Assembly: GCF_038025025.1 (NCBI RefSeq)
Contig: NW_027117350.1
Location: forward strand, 434,001-498,000
Length of the DNA: 64,000 nt
Reading direction: 5' to 3'
From: Phyllosticta citribraziliensis
Lineage: Eukaryota
Positions 37,046 through 50,030 of the stretch are shown here, piece after piece. The notes below the pieces were generated by a model, which was not told where the DNA came from, searched no databases, and was given only the letters and a program-made list of their open reading frames with translations. The stretch's first letter is position 1; each line of letters opens with the position of its first letter. The position numbers and the translations under genes are program-made.

Positions 37046-39933
37046 ATGAGCGCGAGGCTTTTGTCCGCGCGCTTAGCTCCTGCTGCCCGCCGCCTTGCCT
37101 CCTCCGCATCCGCATCCGCATCCACCCCACCTCGGAGGTTTACTCACTACCTATCTACCAACGCCGGCGGTCTCCTGCGAACCGAATCGAGCCTGCGCTC
37201 CTCGCGCCTGCGATCATGGCCGCCTGGAGCATACGCCCTGCATAATGTCCCCGCAGTCCGCTCCATATCCTTCATCCGCATTCTCCCAAGGCTCTTTCAA
37301 AAGTTTGCTACTCTGGGCGCTGTTGGAGGGGCAACCATTGTCGGAGGGTTGGTATACCTCCAGAACCAAGCACAAAGTAAGTTGGAATCTTGGATCGCTG
37401 CACATCTCGCTGACGCGACGGTATAGAGGGCGCCGACTATGCCATAGACCTGTTGTCACGCGGCAAGGATTTCGCAAGCAATACCTTTGGGACCGCGTAC
37501 ACGAGCGCCGGCGATGTGGCTGGTCAAATACGACTGGGCTGGGAGAAGACAAAAGAGGACATGGACGTGCCAGAATGGCTTCGGAACATCTTGTCAGGTC
37601 AAGAAGGTGGTGAAGGCGGCTCTGGAGGACCCGAGGGCGACGGTCCTAAAAAGAGTGGAGCAGGTGCTGCTGCTGCCGGCGCCGCCGGTGCGGCTGCCAT
37701 GGGATATGATGACAAGGACGATGACCGATCAGAGGAGCGCATTGCCCGAGACGAGCAGATGATGATGCTCACCAAGAAGATGATCGAAATCCGGGGACTG
37801 TTGCAAACTGTCGGACAATCGGATCAGTTGAACCTGCCCTCGATCGTCGTCATCGGGTCACAGTCTTCGGGCAAGAGTTCGGTCTTGGAAGCTATCGTTG
37901 GCCATGAGTTTCTACCCAAAGGTTCCAACATGGTCACGAGGAGACCCATCGAGTTGACCCTCGTCAACACCCCTGACGCTCGCGCGGAATACGGCGAGTT
38001 TCCTGCACTAGGACTTGGGAAGATCACCGACTTTTCTCAGATTCAGAGAACGTTGACCGACTTGAATCTGGCCGTCCCCAAGGAGCAGTGCGTCACGGAT
38101 GAGCCTATTCAACTTCGAATTTATTCCCCCAACGTGCCTGATTTGTCTCTCATCGATCTGCCCGGATACATCCAGGTCGTTGGAGAGGACCAGCCCGCTC
38201 AGCTCAAGGAGAAGATTGCCGAATTGTGCGAAAAGTACATCCAGCCCCCGAACATCATCCTCGCCATCTCCGCTGCCGACGTCGACCTTGCAAACTCGAC
38301 GGCCCTGCGGGCCTCCAGGAAAGTGGATCCGCGAGGCGAGAGGACCATCGGAGTAATCACCAAGATGGATCTTGTCGATCCTGACAAGGGCATTAGCATG
38401 CTAACCGACAAGAAATACCCCCTGCGATTGGGTTATGTCGGCGTCGTGTGCCGCGTTCCCCAAAGTACCGGGGTTCTCTTTGCTCGCGGCAGCGGCAACA
38501 TCCAAAAAGCGGTCGCCAAAAACGAGCACGCCTACTTCGGCGCACATCCCCTGGAGTTCGGGTCAGAGTCCCACGTTGATGTCGGCATGAACAACTTGCG
38601 CAAGAAGCTTATGCACGTGCTGGAAAATACCATGGCTTCAAGCTTGAAGACGACTAGCGAAGCTATCCAACGTGAACTTGCCGAGGCCTCGTACGAGTTC
38701 AAGGTTCAGTACAATGATCGTCCACTCAGCGCCGAGTCGTATCTTGCCGAAAGTCTCGATGCTTTCAAACATTCATTCAAGGACTTTGCCGACCATTTTG
38801 GTAGGCAACAGGTCAGAGAGATGTTGAAGCACGAGCTGGACCAACAGGTCCTTACACTTCTCGCTCAGAGGTACTGGAACAGGCCTTTTGATGACCTCTC
38901 TCAGCCTCTTCCCGAAATGGATCCTCTGAGCGACCTCCCCAAAGCCGATCCAGAGAATCCACTCTGGCACCTCAAGTTGGACGCTTCAACCTCATCCCTC
39001 ACAAAGCTGGGTATTGGACGCCTGGCGACCACGGTTGTAGCTAGTGCCCTGCAAGCTCATGTTGACCGTCTAATTGCCAACTCCACTTTCGCGGCGCACC
39101 CTTTTGCAAGAAAGGCTATTACCGAGGCGTCGACGTCAATTCTGAGGGAGCTCTCCTACGACATTAGCGATGAACTGGAGATTTGCATCAAACCCTACAA
39201 GTACAGGATCGAACTGGAAGATCACGAGTGGGCCAAGGGCAGGGAGAACATTGCCCAGGTGCTCAAGGAGGAGCAGAGGATGTGCGATGACGCCTTCAAG
39301 AACATTGAATCTGAAGTTGGCGGGAGGAAGAAGCTGAGAGACGTCATGACATTCATTGACCGCGTCCGAGGCGGACAGGTCCAGATTGACGGCAGTGGCG
39401 TCGGCGGCGCCGGCGGCTTCAGTGCCGCATTGTTGGAAAGAGGACGCCAAGCCGTCTTTTTGCGTGACCGCGCTGATTTGATCAAGATGCGGATATTGGC
39501 CGTCAAGTCGAAGCAGTGTGCCAGCAAGAAGAACAAGTACTACTGTCCGGAGGTCTTTCTCGATGCGGTGGCCGACAAGCTCACGACCACGGCGGATCTA
39601 TTCCTGGATGCGGAGCTGCTTTCAAAATTCTACTACCTGGTGAGTCGACTAATTGTCTGCCATGCATAATGGACTTTCTAACTGGAGCAGTTCCCCCGAG
39701 AGCTCGAAGCGCGCCTTGGCCGCAATCTTTCCCAGGCCGAGATAGAGCGGTTTGCCCGCGAGGACCCCAAGGTCCGACGCCATCTCGACGTGGTACGCCG
39801 CAAGACGCTGCTTGAACACGTGCTCAAGGAGATGGAATCGCTGCGACAGCTGGAAGCAAGAGAAAAGAGGTACGGCTCCCGGGCGGTAGCAAAGAGCAAC
39901 AGCAGTGGCGGTCGCGGGTGGAGTTTGTTTTGA
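37046..39933 (+). CDS. MGM1: Mitochondrial inner-membrane dynamin-like GTPase Mgm1
   Basis: Arg-rich presequence, TM and Ala/Gly hydrophobic segment; GSQSSGKSS, DLPG and TKMD. Introns 37377-37427 and 39640-39690. Confidence 0.96.
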
Positions 39934-40480
39934 ACGCAATAGAAACGAGGGACAGGTGCATCGGTTACGGAATCATGCGTGTACCAAGGACAGGGTTGGC
40001 GTTTTGTTATAATGAATTGTCTCGCGATGATACCAGATTGGTCGGGAGCATTGGTGACTGGGGTTGACTCGCTTCTCTTGTCGATGATGTTGCTCGATTA
40101 GGGTCAAGGACACACAGGATGAATGCATTGGATGGATGGCGGCATGCTGCTCAGCGCTTAGCTAGTCATAGACGCGAATACATAACAGACTCACAAGAGG
40201 ACGAGAGTTAGCCGATGGATCTTCATTGGCAATACAATGGTGGATACACGTAGGTTTTTGCTTTTTCCCACGAGACTTTTCGAGGAGGTCGAAATGTGAG
40301 CAAAAGAGGAGGGCCGTCCTGTCACGGGCTTAAAGCCGGCGTAAATCCGAATCGGGTCGTCGCGTCATGCCGCAGCTTCACCTCTACTCTGCCCTGTACA
40401 TAGCTCCACCTCCGTTACTCCACATCTGACAGCCTCACATCGCTATCTGCACCCGGAACGTCGTGCAGAAGCATCCATCG

Positions 40481-43400
40481 ATGCAGCATTCGGCCCAACA
40501 GGCCCGGCCATCAGACTCTGACGACTGCGATCCACCTGTCTCTGCCGACCGCAAGCGCAAGCTCCAGCACGTCCACCGCAGCGCCAACGACGCCTCCAAA
40601 AGCACAAAACAGCAAACCATTTCCGACCTCTTCTCCACATCCCAGGCAAAGCACTCCTCACCCCCGTTCAAAGACGCCTCCGGGCACCCACCAGCCGGCA
40701 CCGTGTCTCCCCGAAGCAAGCGGCTCAAGCCCAACCCGCCGGCCTCGACGTCGGAGCCATCGCCACTGTCCAGCGACGCGACATCCGTGTCGCGCTCCTC
40801 GACCGCTTCGGCCCTCCCGCCCTCCAAAATGTACCACTTTCCCAGCTCGAGGACCAATGGCAGCGGCAACAGCAACGGATCCACCTCCAATATCGTTGAC
40901 CTCACCGGAACGCCGTCTCCAGGCTCGTCGTCATCTCCCGCCTGGTCACACAAATCGGACGGCGCCAAGATGCTGAGACCCAATTTCAACCCAAACATGG
41001 GCGCAAAGCAGTTGGTGGTGAAGAATTTCAGAAAGAAACCGAGGTCGGATCCGAGGCAGTATTTCGACCAGACTTGGAACGCGTTACAAGATGCCCTCTC
41101 CAAGATCTTCAACGGAAAGAAGATTGACTCTCTGGAAGTCATGTATCGTGGTGTGGAAAATGTTTGCAGGCAGGGCTTTGCAGCCGAACTCTCTGGGAAG
41201 CTCAAGGAGAGATGTCGAACGTACATGGAAACGCAATTGAAGAAGCCGTTGCTCGACAAGGCGGGAGGGGCCGACATAGAAACTTTGAAAGCAGTCCTTG
41301 ACGCTTGGCGGACATGGTCCAACGAACAGGTACAGTATCCCAAACGTAGCATTTGACCGTACTGACTGGTTTATAGGAAGACATTGGGCGATGTTTCATG
41401 TTTCTTGACCGATCTTACCTCATAGGAAGAGGAGATACCCTCCAGGATCAGGCCTTTTCTCTTTTCCGCACAATCATCTGCGAGGATCCGTTGTTGAGAC
41501 CAAAGATTGTACAAGGGGCGTGCGAGCTAGTACAAACCGACAGAACCCAAGAGCGATTCGATAAGGACCTTTTCAGAAGCACGATTTCCATGTTTCACGA
41601 CCTCGCAATATACACCAACATCTTTGAACCCAAGCTGTTGGAAATTTCCCAGCATTTCGTCTCCGATTGGGCTGCAAAGGCCAGCTCAGAGATGAATTTG
41701 GCAGAATACACCAAAAGTGTTTTTGCACTCATTGACGAAGAAATGTCTCGCTGCGACGAGTTCGGCCTGGATTCGAGCACCAAGCGAGATCTCCTGTCTC
41801 TGCTTGAAGAGCATCTTGTCGTACGACAAGTAGAACTTCTTGGTGCGTCGCCCAGTCCGACCTTTTTTCGCGTTTCCATTTGCTGACAAATGTGTAGTCA
41901 ACGAGGATGCTGTTGCAGATTTGCTCGATCAGAATGCGGTATCCGAGCTCGAGCGGGTGTATATGCTGCTCGATAGTCGTCGCCTAGGTGCCAAACTCCG
42001 GCCAGCGTTTGAAAAGTGGATTGATCTGACGGGCACGGCCGTTGTGTTTGACGAAAAGGACCAGGAAAGTATGGTTGTCAAGCTGCTCACACTGAAGAAG
42101 CAGCTCGACACCATTTGGCGAGTGTCTTTTCACCGCAATACCGAGCTTGGACATGGCCTGCGCGAGTCGTTTGAGGCGTTTATCAACAAATCGAAAAAGA
42201 CCAACGCGACCTGGAATACAGATAATTCCAAGCCAGGAGAGATGATTGCAAAATATGTCGACATGCTGCTCCGCGGTGGTGCCAAAGCCATTCCGGCCCA
42301 GCTTTCTGCCGTCAAGTCTGGCGAAGCAGAGCGTGATGAGAATGACGATAATGTTTTCGACGAGGATGCCGAGATCAATAGTCAGCTTGATCAAGTCCTG
42401 GACCTGTTTCGCTTTGTCCATGGCAAGGCCGTCTTTGAGGCTTTTTACAAGAAGGACCTTGCTCGGCGTCTCCTGATGGGCCGCAGTGCCAGCGCGGATG
42501 CCGAGCGTAGCATGCTTGCTCGTCTCAAGACGGAGTGTGGTGCTGGATTCACACAGAATCTGGAGCAAATGTTCAAAGACATTGAGCTCGCCCGCGAGGA
42601 AATGTCGTCCTACAAATCACTGCTTGAAGAGCGCGGTGAAAAACCGTCCGTCGATTTGTCTGTCAACATTCTCTCTGCATCTTCTTGGCCCACCTACCCT
42701 GATGTCCCGGTCATCATTCCTCCAGAGATTCAACAAGCATTGGACAAATTTACGGTCCACTACAAGAGCAAGCATTCGGGAAGGAAGTTGGACTGGAAGC
42801 ACGCGCTTGCTCACTGTCAGCTCAAGGCAACCTTTCCCAAGGGCAACAAGGAGTTGGTGGTCAGCGGGTTCCAGGCGATTGTCTTGCTTCTCTTCAACAA
42901 CGTCAAGACGGGTGAGCATTTGAGTTATGAATTTCTCAAGGCGGAAACGGGCTTGCGTAAGTATTTTTCCGCAGTGTTCCTTCAATCATCGGGATCAACG
43001 GTGCAATGCTAATGACGTCCAGCTGAGCGCGAGCTCAAACGAACACTGCAGTCTCTTGCCTGCGCAAAGCTTCGTCCATTGATGAAGCATCCCAAGGGCC
43101 GCGACATTAACCCTGACGACACATTCAGCTACAATGCGGCCTTCACCCACGAGAAGTATCGTCTCAAGGTCAACCAGGTGCAACTCAAAGAAACAAAGGA
43201 AGAGAACAAGGAGACGCACGAGCGCGTCGCGGCCGACCGCAACTTTGAGACCCAAGCGGCGATTGTTCGCATCATGAAGAGCCGCAAGCGCATCGGACAC
43301 GCCGAGTTGGTCGCCGAAGTCATCAACGCGACCAAGAAGAGGGGCGTTTTGAGCGTGCAGGACATCAAGAAGAACATTGACAGGTATGACTGCGCCTCCT

Positions 43401-43510
43401 TTCCCCGTCATTTGGAAAATGCAACCGTGGCTCACATCTTGACAACCAGGCTCGTCGACAAGGACTACATGGAACGCGAGGAGAACAACGAGTACAGTTA
43501 CATTGCGTAG
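40481..43510 (+). CDS. CUL4: Cullin-4
   Basis: AKQLVVKN, FEAFYKKDLARRLLMGRSAS, ECGAGFTQNLEQMFKD and AAIVRIMKSRK (neddylation site). Introns around 41330-41376, 41843-41897, 42957-43022 and 43384-43449. Confidence 0.95.
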
Positions 43511-44142
43511 AGAGAGGGAAGAGGCGCGGCATTATGGGAACTACGTGTCTATAAGGGCAATGACAGATTTTCTTATCCCCTTTACTAATTCGATTGATCC
43601 GTTGGGCCACCGGGAGCGCAGCGGAGCGAAGAATTTCAATTCTCGGACGGACATGACATAGTTGCGCTCGCCCTCGGGTCCGTGGTAGAGCCCTTGGATA
43701 CGAAAATAGAATCTTCTTGTTTCGATGACAACGTCGCTCCTCTCGCCCTTGCTACCACTTGCCATCTGACAGTACAAAAGTACAGGGTGCAAACCCTTCC
43801 AATTGAATGGGGACAGCACAGCACGTCTCTGCCTGGCACCAAAAAAGTGAAGGAGACAGACCGCCGTTATCTCTTTGCGCTCCCGATCCACTGGCTCATT
43901 GCAGGCGCGGATTCAACAGCTCCAATTTTTTCGAAGAATAAACTTGTGTTGTTACTGAATCCACCCTCTCTCCCCCTATCAACGACTGAGTCCACACACT
44001 GTTACTGAATCTACCCTCCCACCCCTCACTTTACTAAAACCACCCTGTCAATCGTATCTACACAAAGCGACTCCAAGCCCCTATTCCTTTCCGTCCATCT
44101 GCACCACACCACGCATCGGACCTCTCTTGGGCCTCACTTCCT

Positions 44143-45836
44143 CTAAAACCCGTACTTCTTCTGGAGCTCCGGACTTGTCCAGCGCTTGGCGTATTGTGCC
44201 TTCCATTTAGCTACGACCTTGGCGCATTCGATATCTTCATCCTCTTCATTGGCTGCTGTGCGTTTGCGTCCTTGATCTTTTGCGTTGCCTGGAGGCGCGT
44301 TCGAGGTACCCTGCATGGCGACGTTGTTCGTATTACCTGGAATCTGGCCGTTGCAAGTGGGACATGTACCAGCTGAAGTATTGCTCGAGGGACCCTGCAT
44401 GGCGACGTTGTTTACGTTTCCTGGGATTTGGCCGCTGTGAATGGCACCTGGAGCGCCTGGAGTATTTTTAGAGGTGCCCTGCATGGCGACGTTGTTCACG
44501 TTTCCTGGAATTTGGCCCCTGTGAGTGGCATTTGGAACGCATGAAGTATTGGTCGAGGTACTCTGCATGGCGACGTTGTTCATGTTACCTGGAACCTGGC
44601 CGCTGTGAGTGGCCCCTGGGACTCCTGGAGCAGTATTTCCAGTCGCCTCCATCGTACCACCATTCGCTCTCGCCATCTTCGGCCTCGGATTGGAGTAATA
44701 GGCCCAGCGAGCCCTCCACGGAATCCACAATTGACCAGGCTTCAAAATGTACTTCAAGCGCTCCGTAAACTTCTTCTTGGCCGTGCAAACGTCGTCAAAG
44801 AACTCGGTTGGAGCATTTTGGCCATCGACCGTGTCGGCCAGCCACTTTTCGTCCGAGAGAATGGCCCACGTGGCGACGTAGAGTCTCTTCAGGGGCAGAT
44901 CAAGCGGCCTCGCTTCGTAGATGCGCTTTGCCATGTGGGACGGGTAGTAGCCTTGGTCCAGGAGGTCGATCCACTTGTCCACGACCCAGTCCATGAAGTC
45001 AACGTCGCTCAGGTGGAAGCCCGTCATGTAGAAGTCGAAAAGCGTCTCGAAATGGGCGGTGAATCCGGGGCTGCCGTCGGATCTGGGACGCAGGAAGTTA
45101 TCATTGCGCGCTGCGCTTCCTCCTTCGAACCATGAAAAGTAGAATTTTACTGGTCCTAGGCTGTCTCGTGTCATGTAGACTATCATGTCGTTTGGATTCA
45201 TGTTCTCCACGCTTTTGCGGAGGAAAACGGATGAGCAGGTCTTGAGCGTTTCTTTGCGGACGATGAGACACTCTCTGTCTTTGGTCTCTATGATGACCTT
45301 GTCCAATAGACTGAATTTGTCAGTCAGCTCATGGTTTGACAAGCACATGGTCATTCTGTGTAGGTCATGTACTTACTCCGAAGTGGTTTGTTGGCTGCGA
45401 CCATTTACGTCTGGCGTCTTTGCAACTTCGGCCGGAAGGCTATCCGCATCGTTGTCCCCGTTGTTACCTGCGCCTGTCTCCGCATGGTTATCCATACCAT
45501 GATCCGTATCTTCGGGCTGGGTTTGAGCAGTATCCATGGCTGCCGACAGTGCCAGTTGAGTTCTCTCGACTCCGTTACAGAGTTGATCGATATAGTGCCC
45601 ATCTGAGCACGACATATTGGATTGATCGTGCCTGTCAGTACGTTGGAGCAGCTGGGGGTCGATGTGCTGAGGTAGTTGCTCGTCCGACTCTTGATAAAGA
45701 CAGGTCAGAGGGTCCAGGCTGCCACTGGTGGGTGAATATTGGCGCGCTGGAGTCATTTCAGCGTGTGATATCAAGTCGGGAGGCACTTGCGGTACATACT
45801 CCACGAGGGTTCAAAGTTCGTCTGTACTGGCTTCAT
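44143..45836 (-). CDS. BTB/POZ-like protein with C-terminal 28-aa repeats
   Basis: Divergent fungal BTB pattern (LKTCSSVF...FYFSWF...LFDFY...DFMDWVVD...IYE...LKRLYV). Inferred introns 45747-45799 and about 45311-45376 join an ATG at 45836 in frame. Confidence 0.65.
44305..44640 (-). repeat. 84-bp coding tandem repeat, 4 copies (GQIPGNVNNVAMQG core)
   Basis: ctgcatggcgacgttgtt recurs every 84 bp. Confidence 0.92.
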
Positions 45837-46560
45837 GATGCCGCGCGTTAGAGGTTTAGAATTTTGTTTTGTGATTGGGGTAGTTCCGAACAGAGGAAGG
45901 GAATTTCCACGTACGACAGAATGGCTCTGATGAGTTATATAGTATTCCTCTGGTCAGCCGGGGCCACCTGAACCACCGTTGGAGAAGCGCAACAAATGGG
46001 GATGGTTCTCAGGATGGATCTGGTTCGAACACGCCCCTCGCCCAGATGATAATGCTGTTGGGTCTGTCGAATTGAGATGCTTGATTCGCTGTTGGGGAAG
46101 CAAAATTAATGGTAAAGACACGGTTGTGATGGGCCTCATCTGTGGGTGACCAGTGAACGTTCAGTTGTCAAAGGTAATCAATGATCGGTCAGGTGTCCCA
46201 AGGTAGTCGCACTTTCCTCTTTCCCCGGATGGGTTTCTAGAGGCGGGAGCGAAATTCTCATTTTCGTGTCCTGAACAAGAAGTCGCAGCCTAGGTCGACA
46301 GCAAAACCCGTGGCGCAAGCAGTTAGGAAGGAAGTTTTCAAGATCGAGGCAGTATTCGGGCGCCCCAAAGGTCAGACGTGAAAAGGAGTCAAGCTGTTGT
46401 GTCTACCTCGACTCTAGCAACCAAGCTCCAACCGCTTTTTGTCAGTTGTATGGTAGTACCACACCTCCCCCGAATCAACCAGCAAATTCTTGTTCCATCT
46501 TCCAACATCAGCAACAAATTCGAGTTTTGACCAGACGCACCGTTACCCAAACGTTTGTCT

Positions 46561-48960
46561 TCACCAGCCATAAGCCTCCTCAACATACTTCAAATGACGG
46601 CACCCATTCTTCAGCGCAACATGAACCGCCTCTCGAGCCTCATCCGCAATGTCGCCGGGCCCCGAAGCAAGGACGACAGCCCGCTGACCAGTCTGTTCCC
46701 ATTCGCGCGCAAGATTCGCTACCAGAGCTTGAATGTCCGGTCTACCCTGTCGTATCTCAATCGAGACTTGTCTCTGCTCGCTGACAAAGATGCCGTCTTT
46801 TTCTACGTCTGCGCTCTCTACATCTGCTGCGACTTTGTTCCGCGAAGCCCAAAAAAGGCCTTCGAATTCTGGACGGCGCAGTGCTGGCCTCAGCTCATGT
46901 TGGCAGAGGTCGTGGATGAAGGCCGACTGTCGCGCCACCCAGGCCAGCTTGATCGAGCGCGTGCGCGTGCGCCCTTCTGAGGCTCGTTGAACGTGGTCGA
47001 TAATGTACGGCACAGCGGTCGAGATTCCTGTGCCGCCGGCAATCAAAAGCACATTCTCGAAAGTGTGGAGGGGAGCAGCGTGGCCGTAAGGTCCTTCGAG
47101 GAGCATCGTAGGAGTGATGGTGTGGGAAGGAGCAGCGAGACATTGGTCGCGGAGACGACGGGTCCAACCGGCGTATGGCCGGATCCAAAATGTGAAGGTA
47201 GGCTCGGCCGTAGAAGATGTTGAATTGGCGTCTGACTCGGGACGAGAAGTTGTAACGGCAAGGTCTTTCTCTGCAGTCGTGCTGGGAGAGACAATGCCGG
47301 CAGATGTACTGTACGCGCCAAGGCTCAGGGGGTGACATTCCCACCCCTTGAACCGAAGAGGCTCGTAGAGATAGTACGACTGACCTGGGCCTGGCTTGAA
47401 TAGCACAGACCCGAGCTTGATGTCAACTCTCACCACATCGGTATCCTTGCTATATGTAGCCACGGCCGAGGGGCCTCGGACAATCTTCGCGCTGGAACGC
47501 ACATGCAGATTGCAGTACACGAGGCGAACGATGCGGAGGAAACGATCGAAGCACCAGATGGCTACGACGGCCCAGAGATAATCTGTATATTCATCTTCCA
47601 TCTTTGACAGGTGTCTAACGGCATTAGATGAAGCAAGGGAATAGAGCCACAAACTTACACGAATAGAGCAATCGTGACCAGTACAGCGAGCGCAATGTGA
47701 ATGGCAAGAAACGCCTCGTAGAACTTTGCCCGAACCCAGGCGTTGGCAGTGCCCACCATGATACACATAGCGACAAGGGCCTGCGGAAGTTAGATTGACA
47801 TGAATCCATTGGGAAGGGATACATACCACGATGCCAAATGTGAACCAGTCTAATTCCAAAGACAACTTCCATCTATGCACTGACAAGTCAGCTAGGTAGT
47901 GATCGTGGTGCAGGACCTGACTTACAATATTGAACCCGAACTATAGTCTCGCCGATGCCATGGTAGATGGCCAATAACGTTACGACCCTTGCGACGTGCC
48001 GGTGGAAGATGTTGAATCTGCGAAAGCTCCATCCTGTCGCCCAGATGAAGATGTTGTTCCGTCCGGCGAACATCCAGATCCAGGGTAGCAGAGCAAGGGC
48101 CAGGAAGCTCGTTCGGGTTGCGGTATACAACCAGATCTGTTGTGCGTAATTTGTTGTTCTGCTACCATGTGAGTAAGCAGGTCCAAGGCGTAGACAGTGG
48201 ACTTACATGACGTTTCCATGGAAGACAACAGGGTACTTCACACAGCACAGTACAAAGGTCAGTATCCAGAATCCAGACAGAATAATCAGTTCGAGTCGCT
48301 TGGGGATGGTGCACCAGCAAAGCAGACGGTTGTGGTAGGTTCCGATTGCCGCAGGAATAACAACATGGCTTTGTAGCCACGCATAGACAGCGGAACTGGA
48401 CTCGGCTATCTTACTGGATTTGCCTGTCTCGAAGTCTCCTTGCGTGTCATCAGTCGTCGACTCAATATATGTGGAGCGTATTTGGCGGACAACATTAGTA
48501 ACAATTCCGAAGAAGACGATGGCTCCCCAGTACGCCATAACGATCCAGCCAAATCGCACCGAGTCTGGATCGAATTTGGCTCTTGCGTTCTTGGTCCCGT
48601 CAGCTAGTATACAAGTGGGTCTGAAATAGAATGACTTACAGCGGTTCTGTACGCCCGGTCAAAATATCCTTTTGTGAGCAGAGAAGGTTCCTTGATGGTC
48701 GACGACTTGTTTCGTTCTGGATCAACTGATTCAAGACTTTGAACATAGGGTGCTGTGACGAGACCAGTAATGTTTCCAAGATCCAAGTCCTTGCATATGT
48801 CCTTCCAATATTCGATTCCTGCGGCAATTTGGTCGTCTGAACAATATGCTTTGGCCGAAGCATATAGGGACGTCATCTCGATTGCAACGGTGCATGAAGT
48901 TATGTTGGAGCCTTTGCCAGACTGACTTGGTACGGAAGAGTTGGATTGGCCATTTGGATG
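46561..48960 (-). CDS. Ferric reductase (FRE/NOX-like); 5' end unresolved
   Basis: FNIFHRHVAR and FLAIHI haem histidines, PGQSYY, ECHPLS, EGPYG, LIAGGTGI, SGP and EEAYGW. Five introns restore one frame. Confidence 0.88.
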
Positions 48961-49326
48961 GTCTGATCTGGTTTTTCTGTAAGTAAGGTAGTTGAACTCA
49001 AGACAGAGTCGACTTACTTTTGCGACGAGTTTCTAGCAGCATGCTGAGTCCATTTCAGAGGACTCAATCCTAAATAGATGGCATAGAAACAATGTTGATT
49101 TGTCTCTTTCGGTGTCGGAACTTTTGGCTTCGCAAGAACAGTCAGAAAAAGAAAGGCCCAAATGGCAGAGCTGTATTTCCAGCTCCTCATGATTGCACAA
49201 GAAGCAAGAAAATGGACAAAAAAAGAAGCAATCGACGCCGAAGGTTGTCTTTTAGGTCTGATATTCGACGATTCCTCGGATCTTTCTCAAAAACCAAGGC
49301 CCAAAGAGGGCTTGATGTAGGAAACG

Positions 49327-49335
49327 ATCAGATAA
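49327..49335 (+). promoter_or_regulatory. SreA-type GATA site ATCAGATAA upstream of the ferric reductase
   Basis: Exact match to the ATCWGATAA consensus. Confidence 0.7.
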
Positions 49336-50030
49336 GTGGGCTCCGATCTCGATCGTTTGAGTCAATACGGGCGTCCGGAACCGTCGTGCTGCATGACAAG
49401 GGACTGGCCAAGAAAAAGTCAACTTTTGTTCATGCAAACGTCAGGAGAGAAGTCCGCAACAGTCGCATCTAGCCGAGCGACGGGCAGTGTACAAAACGTT
49501 GTCGAGTAAGTGACAATATTGCTGATCGCTACTGGGATCATGCCGCCTGATAAGTAAAATCTCGCAAATGCTTGGGATGCCTTCACGGTGTCTTGATCAC
49601 CTCGAGTGCTGAGTCTTGGAGCTGCTTGGTCTAGCTTAGCCATTGCTTTCTTTACTTGACTAGAGACGTCTTGGCGGGGGAAGAAGCCGCCTAAATTGAC
49701 GATCCACCTGGAACGTTTGCACTTCATGCATGAGTCCGTCGGAGGACTAGCTGAGCCCCGTTGCTGGCGGATGAAGTCCACGAAACAATCCAAGGTAATA
49801 CTGCAGTGACCGAGTCACTACTCTGCTCAGCCACTTCCTTGACTGAATCCTCACCATCGATCGAAGTCCAAGTCAGGTCTTGTCACTGTCTCATTAGAAA
49901 CGCATCCTAAGGTCTATCATCAGAGTGCTAGCGTCGTGATCTTCCTGAATTCTTGCCCAACGCACTTAAGAGCTGTAGTGATCCCTCTAGAGGACGCTAA
50001 CTTGTCGAAAATCCCTAGCATCAAGTACCC

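Noticed and set aside
43950..44018. Short direct repeat GTTACTGAATCYACCCTC, two copies
   Set aside because: Local 50-bp-period duplication; not an array or a target-site duplication.
40481..45836. Cullin next to a BTB protein as a ligase-adaptor pair
   Set aside because: BTB adaptors bind Cul3; this cullin is Cul4.
49033..49035. In-frame TAG as an A-to-I editing site
   Set aside because: The restored N-terminus still lacks a signal peptide, and there is no evidence for editing in this organism.
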